In this document: positions 1 to 10,977 of the stretch, piece by piece
Numbering within the stretch: the stretch's first letter is position 1
How the letters are laid out: the number at the start of each line of letters is the position of its first letter
The notes under the pieces: generated by a model
Told to the model about the DNA's origin: nothing
Databases searched by the model: none
The model's input: the letters and a program-made list of their open reading frames with translations, nothing else
NCBI GenBank assembly: GCA_965644295.1
Contig: CBFFRP010000069.1
Span: forward strand, 287,240-351,239
Length of the DNA stretch: 64,000 bases
Source: Paraphysomonas bandaiensis
Lineage: Eukaryota; Protista; Chrysophyceae
Direction: 5' to 3'
Position numbers and translations under genes: made by a program

Positions 1-1309
1 ACGCGATTGTATTACCACCTCCTGATTTATGAGGGTATTCTTCGCCTTCTCATTTACAGTCTCCTTTCATAGGCTGACGGTTTTGAAAACCCTTCGCCAG
101 GGGTCGAAGCCGATCTCATCCAAGTCTTCAACATCCTCTCCATCTGGCCTACCCTTGGGGAGAGCGCCTGAGTGAATGCAGTCAGCCATATCCATAAGCA
201 ACTTCCGAGTCATAGTGCTTTGCTGTGTCGGATCTGCGGCCTCAGCACGCCTGAACCACATCTCAAAAGCCTTGCTAATTGTTGACCTGGTGTTCTCCAA
301 CCAGTCATAATCCTTCAGTATTAAGAAGTTATCCTTTAAAAAGTTCTCCTTTAAAAAGTTCTCCCCGCATTTGGCCTTCCTGTGACGTTCAGACTGATTC
401 GTAGCGACCCCCCCGTTCGCCCCACAGAAAGCATCCGCATATTGGTGGCAGCATTACACTGCGAATTCTCATATATCGCTTCTTTGACTATACCCATAAC
501 CAGCATGGTCATGGAGGTCGAACGTCACTGCCATCAATTCCCGTCAAGACGTGATGACAGGAGGGGGGGTGGTCCGGAGAGAGGAAACTGCAACTCGTCG
601 ATGACACTGGCCAACAAAAGTGATTAGACTCGTCTTCCACAAAAGCGTTCATAACCGATATAGATTCCATATCGAGTCATACCCGAAGAAGCCTTAAATC
701 CCTCGTCAGAGTAGAAAATGGAACTCCAAAGTGCTCCAGGATTTCGCTCCACTTCATTTAGCCAATAACGCGGGATTTAGGGCTGCCATACGTTCCTCAA
801 GTTAGTGGACCTTCCAGCTTGATAGAATATTAATGTCAGGGAGGGATTTGGCAGCTGCTCTGATGGTCCGCTCAGGAGCCCGGGAGGAGCCTGAATTAAG
901 GTGATCTGTAGAAGGGAGTGCCCCAAACAACCTATTCACAACCCTTTTTACGGGTACAGATACAGGCATACTTCCAGGCTTAGTCGCTTTCATCACTGAT
1001 GCAATTATATGATTATGGAGGGGGCGGGTCGCTTGCATCGTGCTGCTAATGGTGGGAGGCCACCATGAGGATTCATGTCACTTATCTCTATAAATATGAG
1101 ATGAGAGTGGGATCTGAAGGGGCCAGTGTGTCAAGCATACTCAAGTTAGTCTAAGCATGTGACCGTATATACGAATACAGACGCTGCCAGCACTTCATTC
1201 GAGGAAATAGTGATCGAAGTCCACAAATCTTCCAACTTCGTTTTCAGAAAATGGTTCATAATAGGGTCCAAAAAAATCAAAATGGTTCATAATAGAGCCC
1301 CCCCTTCCT

Positions 1310-1651
1310 AGTACGTACCGTATACATACACACATACCCCTATAGATTGTACGTACCGTATATAGAATAGTATACATACGCACATACCCCTATAGATTGT
1401 ACGTACCGTATATAGAATAGTATACATACGCACATACCCCTATAGATTGTACGTACCGTATATAGTATAGTATACATACGCACATACCCCTATAGATTGT
1501 ACGTACCGTATATAGTATAGTATACATACACACATACCCCTATAGTATACATACGCACATACCCCTATAGATTGTACGTACCGTATATAGTATAGTATAC
1601 ATATACACATGCCCCTATAGATAGTACGTACCGTACATAGGGGTATGTGTG
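1310..1651. repeat. 50-bp tandem repeat (~6 copies) ending in a short inverted copy
   Basis: tatagattgtacgtaccgtatatag... recurs at 1341, 1391, 1441, 1491; taggggtatgtg at ~1638-1650 is the reverse complement of the unit end. Confidence 0.9.
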
Positions 1652-1961
1652 CATCTATATGTCTGTATATCTGGAAACTTCATTGGAACGATACTTCAAT
1701 TCAACCCTACGCACTTCTCTCCACTCTACCATATACGGTATAAAGTTACTCTACATACGTACATATGAAGTACTTCTTTATCCATCTATCTAGACATACA
1801 TACATACATACCTTAACAACATCACTCATACTCCACCATACCACTTGATCTACTATATAAAACAATCAAACATTCATTGATTTCATATTCTGATCATATC
1901 CAGTCATATATCAACCATTCTTTTCATATGATAAGTCTATAGATAACGTTATATAGTTGCA

Positions 1962-4087
1962 ATGGCTCCATCTAAACAATCGAAAGAGAAACATAAGATA
2001 GAGAAGGTTATCCCTTATAATCGACATAATTCATTACGTACAATGATGAATTTATTCCCATTTCGTTTGTTTTCTATACAATGGAATGATAATATATGGA
2101 ATGGTGTGTTAAAGATGAAGGACAGTATGATGCATAGTATGATGCTACGAGCTGTGGGGCATACCATACAGTCACAGGGGGGTACAATACAGTCAGAGGA
2201 TGGTATGTTACAGTCGCAGGGGGGTACAATACAGTCTCAGGGGGATGCAATACAGTCAGAGGATGGTATGTTACAGTCACAGGATGGTATGTTACAGTCT
2301 CAGGGGGGTACAATACAGTCAGAGGAGGGTATGTTACAGTCTCAGGGGGTTGTGTCACAGTCACAGGCCCATACAACGCAGTCACAGGGGGGTATATCAG
2401 ATCAACATATCACACAAACAATTAATACCAGAGAGAAATATTTAACACCATTTCATTTTATACCAATTGATGTGTTCAATGATTATCTCACAAGATATTT
2501 GACTCTACAAGATATTGTAGCGCTTCGATCAACATGTAGAAGTGCACAAGATCTCGTTGAAATGAGTTCAAGATCTTATGCTGATTTGCTTCTTATTCAG
2601 CACCGAAAAGTTGCTCCAATCTGTGTGGGGACGTTTGAGAACCGCACTATATATTCTCTTCCTCCACCTACTACTTCGAGCAGTTTGCCAGTCGTCTGTA
2701 CTTTAGTGCATTTTGGAAGTCTTTTATCACAGCAACGCATGTGTGTCGATGCCAATTATATGGCAACAGTGCAATGCTCTGAAAACTTGGGAGCACTCCA
2801 GTTTCTGGATGAGAATATGCGGGCAAGTGTAGTGGATTGGATGGTCGAGGTGTCAGTTGAATTTTCATTGGCTCCCGCCGTCCTTCATTGTGCTGTACAA
2901 CTCCTCGATTTTATATTGGCCTGTGTTCCCGTTCCCCGTTCCAAATTTCAGCTTCTAGGGTGTACGTGTCTCCTTATAAGGTCTAGGCCTGTTGGTGATG
3001 GACGAGGAATGGGTGCTAGTCTACCAGGGTCCTTTTCGATGTCGGAGTCAGACGTAGTATATATGTGCGACTCACAGTATTCTGTCGAAGAAGTGACAGA
3101 TATCGTGACTTTTATCGACCTTCACAAGGGTAAGGCTAAGCCAAATGCTGCACCATATTTCGACGAAAGGGACAGAAAACTCATCCTGCTAGCAGTCCAG
3201 GAGAACAAATCCATTCCTTTCGTACCACCTTTCACCTTCAAGCGTAACGTCAGTGCTCTAAACACTGCATTGGCCCCGACTACGTTGTCATTCTTGGCCG
3301 TTTTGTGCTCCCTTCTCCGATTACCACTAGTTATGCACCCTCATTTGGAAATCGATGTATCACGCTATCCAACTCATGAAGAACACAATCCCCGTGAGTC
3401 TCCGACATCTGCAGAGCATGTACTCCTTGCTCTATTTCTCGCTGACTTGTCTCTGATAGACTACGCGATGCTGCAATTTTCCCCTTTTACAATTGCATGT
3501 TCAGTGGTGTGCCTTACTCGACTAACTTTGCACTATTATTCCACGGGACAGATGCTTTTGACTCCGTACGGGGTGGCAGACGGGCGATCACGAGAGGTGA
3601 AACAACTCATACGTACAACTTGCAGACGACTGTATATTGATTGCGACGACAGCTACATAGACAATCCATTTGGATGCGTATGGCTTGAGAAGTTTATATT
3701 GAGCAATGCGCCGGAGAAGCGGGCAGTACGACAATGCATTAAGCGCTTGTGGATGCTTCACACAGGTGTGGGCTCGTGATTGTATTTACTTTTATCCACT
3801 AACTGATCTGCTACACAGACTACTTTGGACATATTTACCATCGTGTTACACATGGCGACTACACTCCTATGGTACTGCATTATCACTCTCATATGTTCGC
3901 TGGTATCAGAGAAAAGTTTGCAGCCCGTGGTAGCAATAGAGATAGGGTATGGCAGAAGCTGAGAACCCTACAATGGAACGATCTCCAGAGCTTGTTAGAC
4001 AGGTCAGTAGTATACAGTTTTTCGCCTTTCCCCTGTTTTACCTTTATATGCAGAATATTTGGCATAGACATGGCAGGTGTGTCTTAG
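1962..4087 (+). CDS. F-box + cyclin-box protein (cyclin F-like architecture), spliced at the 3' end
   Basis: F-box-like IPIDVFNDYLTRYLTLQDIVALRSTCR; cyclin N-box MRASVVDWMVEVSVEF...FQLLGCTCLLI; cyclin C-like LADLSLIDYAMLQFSPFTIACS; intron 3766-3818 (GT..actaac..cag) joins in frame to ORF 3869-4087; exact 3' end uncertain. Confidence 0.8.
2160..2395 (+). repeat. 21-bp coding tandem repeat (QSQGGTI/QSEDGML heptads)
   Basis: Repeated acagtc(a/t)cagggg / acagtcagagg units inside the cyclin ORF. Confidence 0.85.
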
Positions 4088-4250
4088 TTCTGCTGTGAAG
4101 AGCCCTAATTAGTGATAGTTGTTTATATTTTAAGTGATTTCTCATAAGTTTTTTTTCTCAAACGCTACTGTATTTAACTAATCATATATTTGCTCTATTG
4201 TTTGCACTGACTGCTTTTTAGACTTTTTCTGTTTTCTGGCCATTTTATTT

Positions 4251-4544
4251 TATTAGAATATGGATCTTATTCTAGTATATTCAGTATGTCACTTGAAGAC
4301 AATGTACGAGAATACAGTGAAATATAGTGATGTACAAATGCTGTGATGATATTGAGAAACTGAAATAGTTTGATCTTTCAAGATATGTTCAGTAACGAGA
4401 GGTTCGCATATGTAGGATATTATGCAGGGATTATAATGAGTTAGTGTTGGTTATCACAACTTCGTGTAAACGATATTAATAAATCTATCTAGTCTTACGA
4501 CAAATTCTCTCTGTGATCTAGTGTAAAATGAGCGTTTCTCAATA
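4251..4544 (+). repeat. Copia 5' LTR
   Basis: Identical by eye to 18099-18392; termini TATT...AATA. Confidence 0.95.
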
Positions 4545-4556
4545 TGGTAGCGAGCG
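4545..4556 (+). promoter_or_regulatory. Primer binding site, probably initiator tRNA-Met
   Basis: TGGTAGC directly after the LTR is complementary to ...GCUACCA, the typical 3' end of eukaryotic tRNAiMet. Confidence 0.7.
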
Positions 4557-7440
4557 AGGAGGAGAGAAGGAGGATAGAGGAGTAGTGCCACAGTTTAATG
4601 AGAGCAATGTTGAACAATGGATTGAAGACTTCGAAACGTTCCTCATGAGGAAAGAGCAAAGTGAAGTAGCGGTGGAGCCACCACCGAAGGAAAGCGACTT
4701 TGGGGAACAGCCACTCACGTTAATGGAGGAGAAGTCTTACAGACAGGCTGTGAAGAAGTACTGGAAGGCGAATGCCATAGCGTATTCGTACTGCAGAGAG
4801 GCAGTGCAAACATCTTCGAAGGCGCTTCAGAAATTCCATCTTCTACATAAAGGGTTCAAGGCTGATGGAAAAGGAAGCAACAGGTTTAAGGCGCATATTA
4901 TGATTGATGAGTTGAAGAAGTGCTTTGCTGGAGGGAAGCAAAACAAGATCAGTGAGCTGTTGACTCAGTATGGATCTTTCCGTATGCGTCCGGAGGAGAC
5001 TGCGAAGGACTATATAATACGGTTTGAAATACTGCTGAAAGAGCTACAGGAGCAGCAGCAGGACATATCGGAGCTCTCAAAAATAACACGGTTACGAGAA
5101 GGTCTGTTGAATGAAGAATATGCTCCTCTGAATGTTGCTTTGTACTTGATGCCTGATGATGTTGATTATGCAACATTATCAAGGAAGATAGAAAGGTATG
5201 ATGATACCATTCCTGGAAGGATTGCGTTAGAGCGGAAACGCAAGAAGGTGGAGGAGCTGAATTTCATTGAAAAGAGCAAACGGTCTCGAACAGAACGGGA
5301 TAAGCGTAAGAAGGGCAACTGTAGATATTGCAGGAAAGAAGGAATTCCTCATAGCCATTCAACTGAACAGTGCAGGAGGAAGCAGAGGAAGAAGGATGGA
5401 GAGATATCAGGGCAGCGTCCTGGAAGTGCTGCGTATACGGGATGCAGAAATTGCAAGTCTCTGGAACATCTTGCTGCTGATTGTCCAACGACGAAGAAAA
5501 AGCATTCTAGAAGAGGAGAGAAAGGGAAGAATCATGGTAGGAAGCCGGACAAAAGGCTGCTGACAGTAGAGAATATACGGCGTGGAGAACCAGCAGAATT
5601 CTCTGATGAAGATGAAGCAAATATGATCGAGGATGTTATGAAATTGTCATGCAATATACATGAAACGAATATATGTAGTGTAAATGATGACATGCATTAT
5701 ACATATATTGACACCTGCTGTTCATCATCAATGTTCTTGATGAATGATGTGACCATGCTTGACACTCATATGAATACATCAAAGGTGATAAACGGCTCTA
5801 AGAAGGGATCAGAGATTCATATCACAAGTGTGGGATCCCGTGGAGCATGGAGAGACATAGAAATTTCAGATCAGATCAATCGATGCCTGTGCTCCGGACG
5901 TAAGCTGAACGAAATGGGCTATCGATTCACGGTGTGGTATGGAATCCAAATTTATGACTGTAATACTGGTGAACTGGTACTGGAGGGACCCATGAAGAAT
6001 GGAATGACTGCAGTTCCAACTCAGCAGCTGTTGGAGCTTCCAGATGTGTCTACACCGAGTAATTGTGAAGTAAATCTTAGCGATAGGACTGGTGAGGACG
6101 AGCTGGAGTTGCTGCATCGGAGAGCGGGTCACTTCAACAAACATGCTTTAGTGGAGGCACATAAGAGGATGCTCATCATGGGTACAGGGTTGAAACGAAA
6201 ACACCTCACAGCCAAGGTACACAAAAATCAGTGTTTGTGTGATGTGTGTGCCAGGTCTAAGATAACCCGAGTCAGCTTCCGAACGAAGGACGAGAATTCC
6301 GTTAGACCGAATTTTTCAGCAGATATCGCTGTGTACTTAAATTGTCCTGCTAGAGGAGGTGAGAGGTATGTGTTAAAGATAACGCATCATGCCAGCAAAA
6401 TGTTCTGGGCGACGGGTTTAGTCCACAGAACTGGGGAAGCAGTCTTAGAAGTCTTCAAAGAGCTATTTAGAGGAGATGTTAAAAGGTACAAGCTCAAGAT
6501 GGAGCACTATCATGCAGATGGTGCAGGAGAGTTAATCAGTGAAGAGCTGCGTCAGTATCTTAGGACACAGGAGTGCTATCAACATACGTGGAGCTCAACA
6601 GACTCTCCAGAAATGAATGCCATAGAGGAGAGGAAGTTCAGAACTGCTGGAGAGATGACTCTTGCAATGCTAATCTTATATGTCTCCTATAGAGTTTCTA
6701 ACGGGTGAGCCTCCAAATTTGAGATATCTTAGGGTATGGGGGTGTCGAACTTATGTTCTTTCACCGAAGGCGGATCGACGAAAGGATTGGGAGGATAAGG
6801 CTCTAGTTGGATATTTAATGGGTTACTCTGATGAGAAGGTAGGATACCATGTATATCTTCCTGAATCAAACAAGGTGGTGACTACAGTCCATATATTGAC
6901 TGATGAGTCAACGCCATCACGATCGGAGAAGTATTTCGCAGAGATTGATGCTCTTCGAGTGCGGGAGGCCGCTAGACCCAAGCTTGCATCCGACTATGTC
7001 AGCTTAGAAGGAACGTAACATATTGATGATGAGGACGGACTTCTGTATAAGACAACAAGAGTTGTAGAACGTAAAAGGGTGTGATTGTAGCATACCATTC
7101 ACTTGTTACTGCAGGTCGTGAGCATATAGAGCACCGGGTGCCTATACACGTCGAAGACGTGGTGCGTATGACTGCAGAAACCCCCGGGAATACCGGGTAC
7201 ATAGGAAAGGGGGACGCCCTGAGTACTACGCCAGCCAGGGAGCTGGACCAGGGAAGACCTGGAGGGTTCCAGGAGAGTCCTGACCCAACCTGTCAACAGA
7301 CAGTCGTGAGGTTGCAGACCTTGACAGACCGTGGGTCTGGGGATGCGAGCGGGGCTCCTCCCACACCGCAAGATTTGCGGGCTCAGGATGAGCAAGGTAT
7401 GGGTTCGTATATATCTACTAGACGACCTATTGAACTAGAT

Positions 7441-7658
7441 GGTGATGGTCGTGTACGGCGGAAACGGCTACAGCGTAGGTTGGCGAACGCATCGGTGTTA
7501 GGAGAAATAAATATGGTTGAGGTGCCAGATGCATGCACTGTTAACTTTAAACATGCAGAGTTTCAACATGATGACTTTAAGATACCAGACTCCTATGCTG
7601 AAGCGGAGAGATCTCCACAGTACATGAAGTGGCGAGAAGCTCGGAAGGTGGAGAAGAC
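7441..7658 (+). repeat. 218-bp copia segment duplicated on both sides of the gypsy insertion (copy 2 at 16154-16374)
   Basis: ggtgatggtcgtgtacgg...gtggagaagac occurs left of the 5' LTR and right of the 3' LTR; copy 2 has an extra TAT codon. Confidence 0.95.
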
Positions 7659-8663
7659 TGTGACCACGTGGCATTTCCCATGCCCTATCTACGTGGCTAT
7701 AGTATCACGCTATTGAGTCACATGCATGGTTACATTGACTTTTAGGACCCTATGTTGGTTTAAGACCCTATATCAGGATCCTATACATGGCTTTAGGACC
7801 TTCATTGTGTTCAGGATACATATTATGCAACACCATTTGGACATTGGTAATGTACCACAGTGTACCTACATATTGAGCCAACGTTCGGGTATGATGTCCA
7901 ATTTTATCTGCTGATGATGATGTACGACTATGATCTGCTGCTGGTGACTTCGGTCGATGTGAAACCTGCTGCAAATTTATATCAAAGTTATGTGGGCCCG
8001 TATTCCTGTGTAGCAGTTGCAGTATATACTTCCATATACATACATACATGTATTACCCGTACTACCCTATAGGGGGGCAAATACATGTGACCATCACAGG
8101 AGAGAAGTCGCTATTATACACTTGAGGTGCACGAGTGTTCATGCAAGGCTTATTGGGGTTCGATTGCAAATGTGGTGTGCGTACTATACGTACTATATGT
8201 ACCGTATTTATGTATTTCCTGGATTATGGGGTTTTCAGTCTCTGGTAGGGTATAGATACGTAGTATACGGTGTACTCTCGGCATATGGTGGTGAGCCATT
8301 CCCTATCAGGTTGCTGTGTATTTTCAGTTTTGATTGAAGAGTTGCGCAACCTGTGGTGGTGTGATGACACCACGTGTGTTGCACTATGTTAGGAGTGTGT
8401 GTGTGTGCATATATGCTCCTGTGGTGTTTATCACTTGTTTTAAGTTAGACCAAAGCTTGGTGCTAGTGATCTTGGGTGCCAGCGGTATACCATTGCGCGG
8501 TGACTCTTCGCGGGAGTCACTAACTGAGTTTAGGTCTAAACTTGGAAAAAAGTGTTTTAATAATAATACCGTTATTACTGTGCTTGTTGGTTCAGTGTAG
8601 GTGTTGTTGTAGTTTTATTGTTTACGAGCCAACACCCTGGTTATCAAACCGGGTGTTGTTATA
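7659..8663 (+). repeat. Gypsy 5' LTR (1005 bp)
   Basis: tgtgaccacg...gttata; ~98% identical to 15147-16153. Confidence 0.95.
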
Positions 8664-9165
8664 GTAAATATTTACTTTACTGCTCGTACAGAAATTTCTG
8701 TCTTTGCGCTGTTGTTTCACACTCTTATAAGAAACTAACTGCGACACGCTTCTTTGGGCTTGATTCTTTGGGTTTGTTGTCTGTTGCCTTCGGTTGCCTG
8801 TGGTTGTTGGTTGTCTGTTGTTCTCTGGGTGTGAGTTGTCAGTAGTTGTTCTCTAGGCTCTTTGTTCAGTGGTGATTGTTTGATACACAGTGTGGTGACT
8901 GGGGAAATTCGGTTCTTTTCGAAGTCAATCGACCGTGGATACCGCCTGTGTGTTAACTGTTGTCACTTGTACAAATCCGACGGGTTCAACGGGTTTGAGT
9001 GTTGAGTTTTTGGATTCTTACGCAGGGTTGTCTTTGGGATTTGTCTTGGTGTGTTGTTGAGATCTGGGTCAGTGGTTCTAGGAGTTGCCAGGGTTGCTTG
9101 TCTCAGTGTGTTAGGGAAAGGTTTGGTGGATATAGTCTTTAAGGCGGAAGTTCTTCTCAGTAACC

Positions 9166-10977
9166 ATGTCAACTCCGACTGGTAAAACGAGGAGAGGCGG
9201 CAAGAAAACTCCTGGGAAAGATCAGGAAGCCGCTGGTGGTAGTGGTGAAACCAAACAAGACGCTGCTGGAGGTGTGCAGGATGTTGTTCAGGAGTCTTCT
9301 GCTCCAAACATCAATCCAAACCAGGAGATTTTGGATACAGTTCGTGCCATGTCTCAGTCTTTTACAGAGGTGGCTACTGCAGTGTCTAACCTCAGCAGCA
9401 GGATGCAAATATTGGAGAATAGAGTACAAAATGTTGAGGATGGTGAGAGCAGTCAGTCTCAGGCTTCTGTGGGCTCACATCAGCGGCAAAAGGTTACCAA
9501 GCGCACGTCGAAACACAAACGTCAGCCGAGGTATTCCACTCTGGAAAACATGGCTAAGTTTCGCATTATTCCTCAGGAGGAAGATAGCAACAAGGAGGAC
9601 GATGGTTCGAATCCCGATGTTGATGGTGATGGTGTTAATGATGTGCCTACCCTCATGGATAACATCTTTAAGGGCAAGAAAGCGGGCAAGTTATTCAGGG
9701 ATTTGAAGAAAAGTTCTGAGGTGGCTAGTGCCAAAACAGTTACCATAACTAGAGAGGAAAGGAGGTGTCATGTTCGCATCAATGACTTTAAGTTGGGTAA
9801 AGTGGCGAAGGCGATCAAAGACATCTTAGAGTTTCAAGAGCAAGAAGAAACTGAGGTGCGAATTCAAAAGGTACTTTCAACCAGTTTGAAGGCACATCTG
9901 CGGAATGTGTACAGCATCACACATGCGCAGCTGGCACAAATGGATGTTTCGGATTTGCTTCTCATTGTGGCTCAGGAGACCAAGGTGTTCAATTGCGTGG
10001 CATTTTATAATGAACTCAGAGATTCCTTGAAACATATCCAGATCATGGACTGGAAGTATGTAAATGCTGTGACTTTTGAGGCATTCTATCATCAGCAATT
10101 GAACTTGATGCAGTCGTTCCAAACAATGTTGTCTATCATGTTGGTCTCAAACAAAACATGGTGTCCTCGTATCGATGACAAAGAGTACGGATTGATAAGA
10201 CTCTTTAAGACTTTGAATGACGGGACCTATGTTAAGTATGTGTTGGGGTGCATGTCGACTAATAAATTTGACTCTATGAGCGAATTTTTCAAAGAGTATT
10301 CGGCTGTACTCTTGGATCATTATCAAGTAACCATCGCGTACCGACAGTTACCTATGGAGTCGACTACGATGTTTCAACAGAAGCACGAGGACTATCTTAA
10401 GAGGAGAAAGGAACTATTCTCTCAACAGTCCAACAAACCTTCGTTGAACAGTCGTGTTGATTCTAAACCAAGGGTTTCGCAAGTGTCACATCTAGATACT
10501 TACGATGAGTCTGGAGGAAACTATAACGATGAGTGGGATGATAATGATGGGTATGTACCCAATGATGATGATTTGTGGGATGCTCCGAGTGAGACTTGGC
10601 GGTCCAGCAATCTGGAGGTACATGACGATAAACAAGTCGCTATGATGACAGATGTGAAACCAATGTCGGGTAAGGACGCAGCAGTTGATGAGGAGCGTCG
10701 TGTTAACTCTGATAGGTCTCTGTCAGCCATGCATTCCAGACCAACTGGTGCTCAGAATAATAAGACCGATAAGTATGGGTGTCTTAGGAAAATCATGTAT
10801 GGCAAATGCGACAAAACAGACTGTCCTTATAATCATAATGCGAAATGTCTGTTGGATTCTGCGTCCGAAATGCGGGACAAGATCGATGCGTATCTTAAGT
10901 CTGCGGGAAGTTCGGAGCAGAGGGACAAACAACCAACCATCTTGAGGAGGGATCACTTCGGTGATTCCCGCCCTTGA
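9166..10977 (+). CDS. gag: Gypsy Gag-like protein
   Basis: 603-aa ORF between 5' LTR and pol; N-terminal coiled coil; C-terminal CCCH-type motif CLRKIMYGKCDKTDCPYNH. Confidence 0.8.
   Translation: MSTPTGKTRRGGKKTPGKDQEAAGGSGETKQDAAGGVQDVVQESSAPNINPNQEILDTVRAMSQSFTEVATAVSNLSSRMQILENRVQNVEDGESSQSQASVGSHQRQKVTKRTSKHKRQPRYSTLENMAKFRIIPQEEDSNKEDDGSNPDVDGDGVNDVPTLMDNIFKGKKAGKLFRDLKKSSEVASAKTVTITREERRCHVRINDFKLGKVAKAIKDILEFQEQEETEVRIQKVLSTSLKAHLRNVYSITHAQLAQMDVSDLLLIVAQETKVFNCVAFYNELRDSLKHIQIMDWKYVNAVTFEAFYHQQLNLMQSFQTMLSIMLVSNKTWCPRIDDKEYGLIRLFKTLNDGTYVKYVLGCMSTNKFDSMSEFFKEYSAVLLDHYQVTIAYRQLPMESTTMFQQKHEDYLKRRKELFSQQSNKPSLNSRVDSKPRVSQVSHLDTYDESGGNYNDEWDDNDGYVPNDDDLWDAPSETWRSSNLEVHDDKQVAMMTDVKPMSGKDAAVDEERRVNSDRSLSAMHSRPTGAQNNKTDKYGCLRKIMYGKCDKTDCPYNHNAKCLLDSASEMRDKIDAYLKSAGSSEQRDKQPTILRRDHFGDSRP

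Larger units (their letters stand above)
4528..7658 (+). pseudogene. Copia gag-protease-integrase, with deletion and frameshifts
   Basis: Zn knuckles CRYC..H..C and CRNCKSLEHLAADC; protease-like YIDTCCSS; integrase HRRAGH...CDVC, HADGAGE, EMNAIEER; SH3-like LRVWGC...GYSDEKVGY in a shifted frame (6680-7018); segment after LAML is missing. Confidence 0.9.

Noticed and set aside
1-1070. Coding-like fragments on the - strand (67-300, 802-1038)
   Set aside because: Interrupted by stops and no family recognised; possibly a decayed element but unsupported
7726-8845. Cluster of short ORFs, repeated at 15214-16090
   Set aside because: They lie in or overlap the gypsy LTRs, differ by indels between copies and have no domain signature
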